DNA of 64,000 bases from assembly GCA_049969855.1 (NCBI GenBank), contig JBMFOB010000004.1:1-64000 (forward strand), in the 5' to 3' direction. The notes under the pieces are model-generated. The model ran no database searches. It was not told the DNA's origin and was given only the letters and a program-made list of their open reading frames with translations. Shown here in pieces: positions 1 to 9,372 of the stretch (within the stretch, counting starts at the first letter, position 1; each line of letters starts with the position of its first letter). The stretch comes from Candidatus Bathyarchaeia archaeon (GTDB taxonomy: Archaea > Thermoproteota > Bathyarchaeia > Bathyarchaeales > Bathycorpusculaceae). A program made the position numbers and the translations under genes.

Positions 1-116
1 GCGTCTAAATGTGAAAAAACCTGTATGAATCCATCTTCCTTCACAGTTTCCAAAATAGCTTCTGCTGCCCGCGCTGCGGAATTTAAAAAATCTGCGGTAG
101 AGTCTTTTTCGGCCAT
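1..116 (-). CDS. DHH-family phosphoesterase (RecJ/GAN-like), 5' end only; runs off the window
   Basis: Manual translation from the ATG at 116 gives MAEKDSTADFLNSAARAAEAILETVKEDGFIQVFSHLDA, ending in DHH motif I (SHxDAD); rps15-DHH synteny is common in archaea. Confidence 0.75.
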   Translation of the reverse strand, partial: MAEKDSTADFLNSAARAAEAILETVKEDGFIQVFSHLD

Positions 117-204
117 AGTAATCACTTTAGGCTAAGAAGCTAAGTTATTTAAAGATTTAAAAGGTGTTGTGAAATTTACGAATGAAGGTTTTTGAAACAT
201 TTAA

Positions 205-645
205 TCATGTTATTGAGGCTATTTTTGGTTCATATTTCCAGTTCGGCGGCAGAACTCCTTCACGTTTGTAATAGCGTGAGAGTTTGTGAATTTTTGCCTC
301 TAAAATTTGAAGCGCCCTCTTATTATGCAAATCCTTCTTATTCCTCTCCAAGTGGGTGGCGAGGCTTTCAGCCTTTTTCAGCATGTTTGCTAAGTCTTCT
401 GGTATGGCTGGTGCAAGTTCCGCATCCTTAAGGATTTTTGTTATTGTTTTTCCTGTTATAGGCTTTACAAGTGGAATTGCGTATTGGTCCCTGAGGATTG
501 TTCCTATTCGGCTTGGGGGCTGTCCCTCTTTTGCCAGTTTAATCACTAACGCCTCGACCTCTTCTGGTTGGTATTTGCACCAGCTTGGAGGGCGTTTGCT
601 GACTGGTCTTATCTGGTGGGCTTTTCCCTTTTCCTGTTTTGGCAT
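205..645 (-). CDS. rps15: 30S ribosomal protein S15 (uS15/S13e)
   Basis: PSRIGTILRDQYAIP, PEDL, HLERNKKDLHNKRAL, IHKLSRYYK motifs. Confidence 0.97.
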   Translation of the reverse strand: MPKQEKGKAHQIRPVSKRPPSWCKYQPEEVEALVIKLAKEGQPPSRIGTILRDQYAIPLVKPITGKTITKILKDAELAPAIPEDLANMLKKAESLATHLERNKKDLHNKRALQILEAKIHKLSRYYKREGVLPPNWKYEPKIASIT

Positions 646-712
646 TTTTGTTCCCTTTTAAGTGTGGTATGAGCGAGGTTAGACGAATATTTAAAACCTT
701 CGATGTCCAGTT

Positions 713-1288
713 TTAGGCTGACTTATGAAAACGAACTAAAGTGAACATTTCATTCATAACTTTTGAAGGTTGACTGAGATCTTTAAGCTCCACCCTAGAA
801 TATGAAGAACGTCTCATGTATGGGTATGGCATAGCGTAAAATCCTCTGACGCCTGGGCTTAGAGGGGTTATGGAGCTATAGTTGAGAATTCTGGCGATGG
901 GACCTTGGTTCATAATTATGTCTGTTATTTCTGAGTAGGCGATTTCCCTAACTGAGATTGTGATGAATTTTCTGAATAGTATGATGCGACGGTTAGTGAG
1001 AATATAGAGGTGACCTTGAACGTAAAAGTATCCAACCAAAGCCATTACGGCGAAAACAAACGCAAACCCAATTATGATTGTAGAGAGAAAAATCCAAAAG
1101 AAAGCTTCAATAGGCGGAGTATATTGGGCAAAAGTTCTGATGAGGGAACCAAAGCTTAGTAAAATTGCTGTTGCAATAAGGGATAGGATGGATGTGAATA
1201 TGGAAGCATAGCGCCTCTGCAACCTCATTATTATTTTCTCATTTGGAAGCAGCGACACTTGAGGCGGAACAGTCTCCTCAACAGTCAT
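713..1288 (-). CDS. Membrane protein with bacterial PH (bPH_2/YdbS-like) domain, paralog 2
   Basis: Two hydrophobic helices, then YILTNRRII..FRKFI...ITDIIMNQGPIARILNYS. Confidence 0.75.
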   Translation of the reverse strand: MTVEETVPPQVSLLPNEKIIMRLQRRYASIFTSILSLIATAILLSFGSLIRTFAQYTPPIEAFFWIFLSTIIIGFAFVFAVMALVGYFYVQGHLYILTNRRIILFRKFITISVREIAYSEITDIIMNQGPIARILNYSSITPLSPGVRGFYAMPYPYMRRSSYSRVELKDLSQPSKVMNEMFTLVRFHKSA

Positions 1289-1857
1289 TAATTTTGTTGC
1301 CCCTCTGGCTGTTTAGTTTTCACCAACTTGGCTATGCTATCCCTAACCTCATATGGGTTCCGCACGCCGGAAATGGAGAATATAGCGGCTCCCATGGGCA
1401 TAATCATTCCAGCCGTTATTGGAGAAACTCTTCCATAATTGCAAATTCTACCAATTGGTCCTTGATTCACGATGAGGTCTGTTATCTTGTCATGCGTGAC
1501 CGTTCTTAATAAAATTCCAATGAATTTTCTGAACATTATGATTCTTTCATTAGTGATTATGTATCGATGTCCCTTAACGTAAATGTAACCCAGCCCGTAA
1601 AGGAGTGGCGGAAGGATTACAAAGCAAAAAACAGCCAGAGGAAATACAATCCACTGATTTTCTTTTGGGATAGCAAAGTTTAGGATCAGTAGTGCTCCTG
1701 CAATTACGAGAAGCCCAATAGTTGCTATAGTTACAAAGGATATGTAGGTTCTTCCCAAAACCATTAATATCTTTTCATTGGGCGCTATGGTGACTTCTTT
1801 AGGCACAGATAAATGAAACTTTTCGGGTGGTCCTAAAGTTTTCTCGTTCATTTGCAC
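1288..1857 (-). CDS. Membrane protein with bacterial PH (bPH_2/YdbS-like) domain, paralog 1
   Basis: Two TM helices, then YIITNERIIMFRKFI...KITDLIVNQGPIGRICNYG; stop overlaps the next start. Confidence 0.75.
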   Translation of the reverse strand: MQMNEKTLGPPEKFHLSVPKEVTIAPNEKILMVLGRTYISFVTIATIGLLVIAGALLILNFAIPKENQWIVFPLAVFCFVILPPLLYGLGYIYVKGHRYIITNERIIMFRKFIGILLRTVTHDKITDLIVNQGPIGRICNYGRVSPITAGMIMPMGAAIFSISGVRNPYEVRDSIAKLVKTKQPEGQQN

Positions 1858-1896
1858 TCACCATGCTAGTTAAATGTCAAGCTCTCATCTTGTTCT

Positions 1897-2484
1897 TTAA
1901 CATTTTCTTTTATACCATTCAGCAAACTTTCTTAAGGCTTCAGCCCTATGCGAATATCTATTTTTCTCCTCAACAGTCATTTCAGCAAAAGTTTTTCCTC
2001 CACCACCCAGCGGCGCAAAAATCGGGTCAAAACCAAAGCCTGAATTTCCCCACCGTTCTTCCTTCGTTATTACGCCTGTAACCTCGCCTTTAAAGCATAA
2101 GGGCGGTTCCGATTTTGATGAGCAATAGGCTATGGCTGACTGGAATTTCGCCTTTCTGTTTTCAACGTTTTCCATAAGCTTCAAAATCCCCTTATTTCCT
2201 ATAGCCTTATACACGTAAGCGGCGTATGGTCCTGGAAATCCGTTTAATGCTTCTATGAATAGCCCAGCATCTTCTGCAATAACTGGCAAATTGGATTTTT
2301 TAAATGCTTCAATAGCGCTTGCTTTAGCAATTTCTTCTAGGCTTTCGCTTTGAATCTCAAAAGTTTTGACTCTTAACATGCCAACGGCGATTTTGTATTC
2401 AGCTAATACCCTACGGGCTTCATTAAATTTGTTGATGTTGCTTGTTGCGAAAAATATGAATCTACCTTCCAACCTAAAACTCAT
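1897..2484 (-). CDS. rdgB: Non-canonical purine NTP pyrophosphatase (XTP/dITP, HAM1 family)
   Basis: ATSNINKFNE, EDAGL, FPGPY, GFGFDPIF, SHR motifs; start moved to the ATG at 2484. Confidence 0.95.
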   Translation of the reverse strand: MSFRLEGRFIFFATSNINKFNEARRVLAEYKIAVGMLRVKTFEIQSESLEEIAKASAIEAFKKSNLPVIAEDAGLFIEALNGFPGPYAAYVYKAIGNKGILKLMENVENRKAKFQSAIAYCSSKSEPPLCFKGEVTGVITKEERWGNSGFGFDPIFAPLGGGGKTFAEMTVEEKNRYSHRAEALRKFAEWYKRKC

Positions 2485-3136
2485 GAGCGTTCCCTTTTCT
2501 TTCAGCCACATATCTTCCTCTTCGCTCTATCTCCCTTATCTTCTCTAAAATGTTTTTTGCAGTTTCAGAGCCCACAATTTTAGTATATCCACGGATTATG
2601 GCGTTAAAACATTCTTCAGTGAAGCGAAAATGGGTGCTTTGGAGAGCCCTCTTCATAAGATGCAAATCCACTCCCCTAGCTTCCAACTCTTTTGTTTTCT
2701 CGCCAAGCCCAAAATCGACAAAGACGATTTTTCCTTCCTTGGTCAGAATCATGTTTGATGTGGTTAAATCGCCATGAATTATCCCACTTTCATGAAGTCT
2801 ACCTATTAACTCGCCAATTTTTAGGCATAAACTTTCTCTTTTCTCTTTTGAGACTTCTCCTAACAATTGTTTAACTTGTTTTCCTTCAATAAACTCCATT
2901 ATTATAGTGGCATTTTTTACATCAACCAGAAAAATCGTTGGCGTTGACACTCCCGCCTTTTTCGCTTCATGCATTAGCTGCGGCTCGTGGATTGTTCTAT
3001 AAATTCGAATCTGTTCATCCAAAATTTTCGGGCGATATTTTTTAGCCAAACGCTTTTTCATCACAAGTTTTCTGCCATGCCAATCTGCAAGGTAAAGGCT
3101 GGCTTCTGCTCCTTTCTTAATCAATATGAGCTTCAT
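2474..3136 (-). CDS. bud32: KEOPS complex kinase Bud32
   Basis: KGAEA, IIHGDLTTSN, VDFGL, DLH..KRAL, RGRY C-terminus; ATGA overlap with the kae1 stop. Confidence 0.96.
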   Translation of the reverse strand: MKLILIKKGAEASLYLADWHGRKLVMKKRLAKKYRPKILDEQIRIYRTIHEPQLMHEAKKAGVSTPTIFLVDVKNATIIMEFIEGKQVKQLLGEVSKEKRESLCLKIGELIGRLHESGIIHGDLTTSNMILTKEGKIVFVDFGLGEKTKELEARGVDLHLMKRALQSTHFRFTEECFNAIIRGYTKIVGSETAKNILEKIREIERRGRYVAERKGNAHEF

Positions 3137-4155
3137 TTCACCCATGGAACCTCAACTTCGTCGAGACGCCACCTTAATTTTACAAAACTTTTCTCAATTG
3201 GCGTGACTAAACCGCTTTTGTAAGCTAATACTCCTGTCCATGCAATCATGGCGCCGTTATCGACGGCGAATTCGCTTGGCACCACGCGGAATTCTGCATC
3301 GTGTTCTTCTGCTATAGCCTCAACCATGGACTGTAGTCTTTTGTTGGCAGCCACCCCACCCGTTAATAGAACCTCTTTTTTCTCCGTGTGGGCTAGAGCT
3401 CTTTCAGTGACTTCGGTAACCATGGAAAAGGCGGTTTCTTGAAGACTATAACATAAATCCTCAAGCTTATGTTCGCCTTTTTTGAGCAAGTTGACTGCTG
3501 CTGTTAATAAGCCACTGAAGGACGTATCCATTCCCTTGACTGTGTATGGCAAAGGAATCAGTTTCTTCCCTTCTCTTGCAAGTTTCTCAACCATAGCGCC
3601 GAGGGGCATGCCATGGCTTTGATGGAGTCCAGCTTCTATTGCAAACGAGTCCAAACAGTTTCCTAAAGCTACATCCAAAGTTTCGCCGAAAACTCTGTAA
3701 CGTCCAGAATCAAAGGCTGAAACAATGGTATTTCCGCCTGAAACATAAAGCGTAACCGGGTCTTTAACGCGCTCTTTCAATTTCCCAATTTCAATATGTG
3801 CTATACAATGGTTAACTCCTACAAGGGGAAGATTAAGATAAGAGGCTAATGCACGGGCTATTGTTGCGCCAGTGCGAAGGCATGGACCTAAGCCTGGTCC
3901 TTGAGAAAATGCTATAACCGACAAATCTCGTGGCCTTAATCCAGATTTTTTAAAGGCTTCTTCTATGACTTGGCTTGCCACTTCAGCGTGGTGTCTCGCC
4001 GCTTCCCGTGGGTGAATTCCGCCTTTTTCAGGTATGTAGGCGTTTATTACGTTGGCTAGGATTTCGCCGTTAAATGTTGATATTCCAACGCTGAAGTCGT
4101 CAGCTGTTGATTCTATTCCTAAACAGTAGGATTTGCCAGTCTTCTTATTCTTCAT
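3133..4155 (-). CDS. kae1: tRNA N6-threonylcarbamoyladenosine biosynthesis protein Kae1
   Basis: LGIESTA, GGIHPREAARHH, GPGLGPCL, HCIAH, VSGGNT, DNGAMIA. Confidence 0.98.
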   Translation of the reverse strand: MKNKKTGKSYCLGIESTADDFSVGISTFNGEILANVINAYIPEKGGIHPREAARHHAEVASQVIEEAFKKSGLRPRDLSVIAFSQGPGLGPCLRTGATIARALASYLNLPLVGVNHCIAHIEIGKLKERVKDPVTLYVSGGNTIVSAFDSGRYRVFGETLDVALGNCLDSFAIEAGLHQSHGMPLGAMVEKLAREGKKLIPLPYTVKGMDTSFSGLLTAAVNLLKKGEHKLEDLCYSLQETAFSMVTEVTERALAHTEKKEVLLTGGVAANKRLQSMVEAIAEEHDAEFRVVPSEFAVDNGAMIAWTGVLAYKSGLVTPIEKSFVKLRWRLDEVEVPWVK

Positions 4156-4256
4156 CTATTTTAATCCTTCATGGTTGTTTCTTATAAATAGAAGCATACA
4201 TCTTTTTATTTAAAATTGCATATATTATTAATGTTAAAAGCTGGAACTGATGAAAA

Positions 4257-4634
4257 ATGCCGAAACGCAATGATTTAGAACAAAAAGCCCTCCAATACAT
4301 AATGAACACTGGATTTGAGGGTGTGCTCCAGTCTGAACTATGGCGCAAACTCGGGGCAAGCAGCCGAGAAGGCTCAAGGATAGCCCTAAAACTAGAAGAC
4401 AAAAATCTCATCCGCCGAGAACGAGAACTCCGCGACGGAAGGTGGACTTATAGGCTTTATCCAAAAAGGGTTCCAGCGTCAATAGACTCCATAGCAGATG
4501 TTCCATGTCTAAAGTGTCCAGATAACACTCGATGCGACCCCTCAAGTGCAATTTCGCCTCAAACCTGCGAGAAACTTACAGAGTGGCTTCTCTTAATGGC
4601 TAAAAACGAATCTGGCGTGCTGGGTGACAGCTAG
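4257..4634 (+). CDS. Archaeal RPC34 / TFE-beta homolog (winged HTH + C-terminal Fe-S domain)
   Basis: GVLQSELWRKLG..SREGSRI..KLE wHTH, then PCLKCPDNTRC...ISPQTC four-Cys cluster typical of RPC34-like proteins. Confidence 0.8.
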   Translation: MPKRNDLEQKALQYIMNTGFEGVLQSELWRKLGASSREGSRIALKLEDKNLIRRERELRDGRWTYRLYPKRVPASIDSIADVPCLKCPDNTRCDPSSAISPQTCEKLTEWLLLMAKNESGVLGDS

Positions 4635-4636
4635 TT

Positions 4637-5248
4637 TTGCCAAAAGCTTGGGTTCGGGAAAGAAAAAGGGACTATTATTATAAGAAGGCTAAGGAAGAAA
4701 AATACCGTTCCAGAGCAGCCTACAAGCTTTTTGAAGCTGTAGAAAAATACCATTTCATAAAACACGGTGACGTTGTCGTTGATTTAGGTGCTGCGCCAGG
4801 CGGTTGGGTTCAAGCGGCAAGAAAAATTGTTGGAGGCAAGGGATTTGTTTTGGGAGTCGACCTCAAACCCATCGAGCCTTTTCCACAAAGTAATGTTCGG
4901 ACAATTATAGGCGATATAACTGAGCAAGAAACCCTTAACCAGATTCTACAGATGCTTCCAAGAAAAGCTGACGCTGTGATTTCTGATGCTTCGCCAAACA
5001 TCTCTGGAATATGGGAAATAGACCACGCCCGTCAAATAGACTTGGCGCAGCATGCATTAAAAATCGCTTTGGAAACCCTTAGGTTTTCTGGAAATTTTTA
5101 CGTGAAAGTCTTTCAAGGAGACTTGCTTGACGACTTCATTAAGAAGGTGAAAAAATATTTTGAGGTTGTAAGAATAGTGAAGCCTAAAGCAAGTAGGGCT
5201 AAGAGCTCTGAAATTTTTATTTTGGGAATGCGCTTGAGAAGAGATTAG
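4637..5248 (+). CDS. rlmE: 23S rRNA Um2552 2'-O-methyltransferase RlmE/FtsJ
   Basis: YRSRAAYKL, DLGAAPGGW, SDASP, KVFQG, KPKASR.SSE. Confidence 0.96.
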   Translation: MPKAWVRERKRDYYYKKAKEEKYRSRAAYKLFEAVEKYHFIKHGDVVVDLGAAPGGWVQAARKIVGGKGFVLGVDLKPIEPFPQSNVRTIIGDITEQETLNQILQMLPRKADAVISDASPNISGIWEIDHARQIDLAQHALKIALETLRFSGNFYVKVFQGDLLDDFIKKVKKYFEVVRIVKPKASRAKSSEIFILGMRLRRD

Positions 5249-5290
5249 ACGGCAAATATAAATTCTGTCGCCTCCTTCTTAGTAAGCAAG

Positions 5291-5998
5291 GTGAAAAGTT
5301 TGAAAATTATTGCAGCGGATTCTTCTGCGGCAATATTGAACAGCAAGTTTGAACCATTATTTATTGTGGCAGCAGCATCAGTTTTAGTGAACCCGCCTTA
5401 TAAAGAGCCAAGCATGTGTTTGGCTGAACCAATTTTTGCGAACGCATCCAACGGACATGGGGTTATTGTGCATGAGGCGGAACTTTGTAAAGAATTATTA
5501 GAAAAAGTGAAGGCTGATTCTGTGCATTTGGACATGTCTCTTGGAGCGGTTCCTCTGGAGCAGTTGTCGCCAATTCAGTTTTCAAACATGAGAATCTCCA
5601 ACAAGGCGAAGCGTAACCTTATAGGGATTCTGCCTAAACTTAGAAAAATTGCTGGCGAAATCACACAAAAATATGGAGTTGAAGTCTTAGCCATAGGAAA
5701 AGAAAGCATCCCCATAAGGATTGCAGAGCTAACAGCTGGAGCCCACGCAATCTTGTATGCATGCGAAAAAGCCGTAAAAGAAAATCAGACTGTTCTTTTG
5801 GGTTTACCGTCTAAATGTCAGCATATACTTTCAGAAAATAGAGTTTACCTTTGCTCTCTTATGCTTGCTGAACATGACGTGAGAGGTTATGCAGAAGACA
5901 CGAAAGAGATTTTGAAAAAAGTTAATATCACAGACATGTTAAATCCAATTGCAAGAGGCTTCAGAATCCTAAAAATAACGCCAAAACAATTAACATAA
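5291..5998 (+). CDS. DUF4152-like conserved archaeal protein
   Basis: IIAADSSAAIL, VxPPY, HLDMSLG, GKESIPIRIAELTAG pattern recalled from this family. Confidence 0.6.
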   Translation: MKSLKIIAADSSAAILNSKFEPLFIVAAASVLVNPPYKEPSMCLAEPIFANASNGHGVIVHEAELCKELLEKVKADSVHLDMSLGAVPLEQLSPIQFSNMRISNKAKRNLIGILPKLRKIAGEITQKYGVEVLAIGKESIPIRIAELTAGAHAILYACEKAVKENQTVLLGLPSKCQHILSENRVYLCSLMLAEHDVRGYAEDTKEILKKVNITDMLNPIARGFRILKITPKQLT

Positions 5999-6012
5999 AT
6001 GGTGATTGCCAT

Positions 6013-6561
6013 ATGAGTTTTGAATTCTGGAAAAACGCTTCACCTCTCGTCAGAAGAATAATAACAATTGCTCTCGTTTTCATTTTTGCCGTAATCATAA
6101 CGACTGTGGGAACATGGGCACCTATTGAAGAGCAAGAAGCAAATGAAATTAACAACGAACTTAACCAAACAATTGATTCATTAAAAGCAAATGATGCATT
6201 GCTTCAATACATTTTTGGAAACAATTTTATGTTTTCCCTAATAATGTTTGTACCCATAATTGGTGTTGTCTTCGGAGCTTATGTACTCTACAACACTGGA
6301 GCTGTTATAGCCGCAACTGCCATTTCCAACCAAGTTCCTCCAGCCCTAAACCTAATTGCTTTATTTTTAACACCTATTTTTTGGCTTGAGTTCATAGCCT
6401 ATTCAACTGCGATGGCTGAAAGCATTTGGTTAACCCGTCGCTTATGGCAACGCAGAGGTAAACATGAACTCGTAAATGCATGCAAGTTCATTTCAGTTTG
6501 CGCCGTAATTCTTTTGGTGGCTGCAATTATAGAAACATTGATGATTTATTCAGCTGCTTGA
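6013..6561 (+). CDS. Stage II sporulation protein M (DUF95)-like membrane protein
   Basis: Multi-TM; IFGNN, NTG, WLEF.AY, LLVAAIIE motifs. Confidence 0.75.
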   Translation: MSFEFWKNASPLVRRIITIALVFIFAVIITTVGTWAPIEEQEANEINNELNQTIDSLKANDALLQYIFGNNFMFSLIMFVPIIGVVFGAYVLYNTGAVIAATAISNQVPPALNLIALFLTPIFWLEFIAYSTAMAESIWLTRRLWQRRGKHELVNACKFISVCAVILLVAAIIETLMIYSAA

Positions 6562-6578
6562 TTTCATAAAATCCATTT

Positions 6579-7451
6579 TTATTTGCTTTTTCCATAAATC
6601 CTTATAATTTCTAGGCTTATGTCTAACGCTTTTGGACTATGTGTTATTTCGCCAAGGCTTACAATGTCTACTCCAGTTGAGGCAAATGCAATAATGTTCT
6701 CTGTTGTTATTCCACCGCTGGCTTCAAGCATCACTTTCCCAAAAAAGCCCTCCTTTTTTAAAAGGTTAATTGCCTTCTCTATTTGCTTTGGTGAAAAATT
6801 GTCCAGCATTATTATGTCTGCTCCAGCCTTAGCTGCGGTTAGCGCATCATTTGCGTTTGTAATTTCAACCTCTATTTTCTTGCCAAAAGATACTTTTTCT
6901 TTTACCTTTTTAACAGCCTTTTCAACGTTCCCAGCCACTTTAATATGGTTATCTTTAATCAAAACCATATCGTCCAGATGAAGCCTATGAGTGTCACCGC
7001 CCCCTAACATGACAGCCTTTTTATCAAAATATAGAAGCCCCGGCGCTGTTTTTCGTGTGCATGCAACCTTAGTCTTGAATCCACTTTTTTGAAGCGTTTC
7101 CACCAGTTTTCTTGTGATTGTTGCTATGCCACTCATCCGTGAAAGAATATTCAATAGTGTACGTTCAGTTGAAAGTATGGCTTGTGCATCTCCAGAAACT
7201 TTCATTAAAACTTGCTTTTCCCTTATTTTTTCTCCATCAGAAACCAAAGCTTCAACTTTAATCCCCAAACTTTCCAGAAGAATTTTTGCTTCCTCAACTC
7301 CAGCAATAACTCCAGTCTCTTTTGCTATTATCTCTGCCTCTGCCTGGGTTTCGGGTGGAACAATTAATGTTGTGGTTGTGTCTCCTTGCCCGATGTCTTC
7401 TGCAAGCATTTTTTGGAGTTTTTCTTCCAAAATTTTACGCGGTACGAACAT
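6579..7451 (-). CDS. nadC: Nicotinate-nucleotide diphosphorylase (carboxylating)
   Basis: EDIGQGDTTT, TRKTAPG, HRLHLDD..LIKDNH, MLDN, EASGGI. Confidence 0.97.
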   Translation of the reverse strand: MFVPRKILEEKLQKMLAEDIGQGDTTTTLIVPPETQAEAEIIAKETGVIAGVEEAKILLESLGIKVEALVSDGEKIREKQVLMKVSGDAQAILSTERTLLNILSRMSGIATITRKLVETLQKSGFKTKVACTRKTAPGLLYFDKKAVMLGGGDTHRLHLDDMVLIKDNHIKVAGNVEKAVKKVKEKVSFGKKIEVEITNANDALTAAKAGADIIMLDNFSPKQIEKAINLLKKEGFFGKVMLEASGGITTENIIAFASTGVDIVSLGEITHSPKALDISLEIIRIYGKSK

Positions 7452-7474
7452 ATTTCATTCTATGTTTGTTTGAC

Positions 7475-8662
7475 TTAAAATGTTTGCTTGTTTTCTGCAA
7501 TCTGAATTATTGTTTCGACAGCCTTCTCCAATCCGTCATAATTTAGAACTTCTTTTTGAATCTCTTTGAGCCGTTCTGGGATTGGGCTGTTTAAAATTTC
7601 GTTAACACTTTTCAAAAGCCTTTCTTTGTTTAATTCTTCCTGTTGGATTGTTTTTGCAACGCCTAAAATTTCGGCTTGTTTTGCATTGCTAAGCTGTTCA
7701 GTATGGCTTGGTGTTGGTATGAGTATCATTGGTTTTCCATAACACATTGTATGTGTTATTGTTCCATGTCCGGCTCGACTTATAATTATGTCAGCTGCTT
7801 TCAAGTATTCGAAGCGGTTTGGAATCCACTTGTAAATTGTTAGATTGCCATGGCGTATTGGTTTATCGTTGGCGTTTGGATAGCCAAGCGACATGACAAC
7901 CTCATAATCCTTCGGAAAATCCAGCAATAGTTTCCTCAAGATTCCCGTTAGAAAGGCTCTTTCTCTTACTGGTCCGCTTATTGGTGCAAAAATAATTGGC
8001 TTGTCAACTGGCAATTTTAATTTTCTCCGCAGTTCCTCCTCTCTCGGCAGCGTGTCTGGATGCATGGGCAATATTGGACCTATCAGTTTCACATTTTTTC
8101 TGTAAGATTTTGGAATGTTTAAGTTTCCAGTGCAAATAGTGTATGGTTTAGGAAAGTCTGGTATTAGAACTGTGTTTCCACTTGTCCACATTTTTCCAAT
8201 TATTGTAAGTGTTATGAAATCGGCAAACTTTGCTAGGCGCAAAAACCTCTTTTTTCTTGGAATTATTAGTTGAAATTGATTCAAAATGCAAATTCTTGGT
8301 ATCCCCAAAATCCTTGCTGCTAATAAGGGTGAAACGCGAGAATCCGAAACAACAATATCTGGCTTAAACTTTTCAATAGCACGGATTTCAGCATTCACCT
8401 GTTTTAGAAGGGTGAAAGAAGCCAAAAATGGTCCAGGATTGACTGCTGTTTGTTTAAAATCAACAGTTCCGTCGGGCTTAACTTGGAAACCAATAGGAGG
8501 CGCCTTTACAAGCGGCATCTTCTCCCTTTCTATATATCGTATGCCTTCGCGGTATGTTGAGAACAATACTTCAGCTTTTTTCTCTATGAGTTTTCTTGCT
8601 ATTGGGACGCATCTTCCAACATGTCCTAAACCGATTCCGCAGGGGGCAAAATAAACTTTCAT
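7475..8662 (-). CDS. GT-B glycosyltransferase, family 28 (MurG/MJ1255-like)
   Basis: GIGLGHVGR N-terminus; ISRAGHGTI, P.ILIP...EQ..NA C-terminal motifs. Confidence 0.85.
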   Translation of the reverse strand: MKVYFAPCGIGLGHVGRCVPIARKLIEKKAEVLFSTYREGIRYIEREKMPLVKAPPIGFQVKPDGTVDFKQTAVNPGPFLASFTLLKQVNAEIRAIEKFKPDIVVSDSRVSPLLAARILGIPRICILNQFQLIIPRKKRFLRLAKFADFITLTIIGKMWTSGNTVLIPDFPKPYTICTGNLNIPKSYRKNVKLIGPILPMHPDTLPREEELRRKLKLPVDKPIIFAPISGPVRERAFLTGILRKLLLDFPKDYEVVMSLGYPNANDKPIRHGNLTIYKWIPNRFEYLKAADIIISRAGHGTITHTMCYGKPMILIPTPSHTEQLSNAKQAEILGVAKTIQQEELNKERLLKSVNEILNSPIPERLKEIQKEVLNYDGLEKAVETIIQIAENKQTF

Positions 8663-8666
8663 GAGA

Positions 8667-9293
8667 TTATTTCCCGCCGAGGGCTTTAAGCTTCACTTCG
8701 CCTCTCGGTTTTTCTTCTTCAAAAATTATGGCTTGGAATTTGTAAATTTTGGTGCCTTCGAGAAGCCAATTATCTGGTGGTAACCCCGCCTTTATGCAGC
8801 ATTGGCAAAGAAACTCTTCTTCATCCCATTTCCACTCAATTGGAACTTGTGGCAAAAGCAGTCCTTTGAAAGGTCCCCTTTCAACAATCAACCCGTCTCT
8901 TCCAACCTTAATTTTTGTAGGATAATCCTTAGGTTTTTCAACTTTGATAAGTTGAGGAGGCGTTAATACGCTTACTTCAAAAACAACCTTGTCAAGTTCG
9001 CTTAAAGAAAGCGGATAAAAGCGTGGGTCTTGAGTTGCCGAGCTTATGGCTGAATCAATAACTGCCTCAACCAACGGGTTTGTGGGATATGGATATCCAA
9101 TGCAGCCTCTCAGCTCTTTTTCTCCACCGCTTATGCTGTTTATTGTGACGAAAACTCCGCATGGTTGTAAAAGTTTTTCCGGGGTATTTTCTGGAGCATT
9201 GATGCGCCTTCTGTTCTGTAAGTATTCTTCGACGGCTTTGCGTGCAAGTTCAACTAAGAATTTTCCTTCTTTCAAATTAAGCTCAAATAGCAA
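8667..9293 (-). CDS. AMMECR1-domain protein (TIGR00296)
   Basis: GVFVT, LRGCIG, DPRF, EVSVLT, GLLLPQV, KAGL. Confidence 0.95.
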   Translation of the reverse strand: MLFELNLKEGKFLVELARKAVEEYLQNRRRINAPENTPEKLLQPCGVFVTINSISGGEKELRGCIGYPYPTNPLVEAVIDSAISSATQDPRFYPLSLSELDKVVFEVSVLTPPQLIKVEKPKDYPTKIKVGRDGLIVERGPFKGLLLPQVPIEWKWDEEEFLCQCCIKAGLPPDNWLLEGTKIYKFQAIIFEEEKPRGEVKLKALGGK

Positions 9294-9372
9294 TTAATCT
9301 TCCCCAGTTATCCAATGAATACTCTCTAGTGCAATTAGAGGTTTTAAGCTTTCATGACGGCTATTTTAAAGT

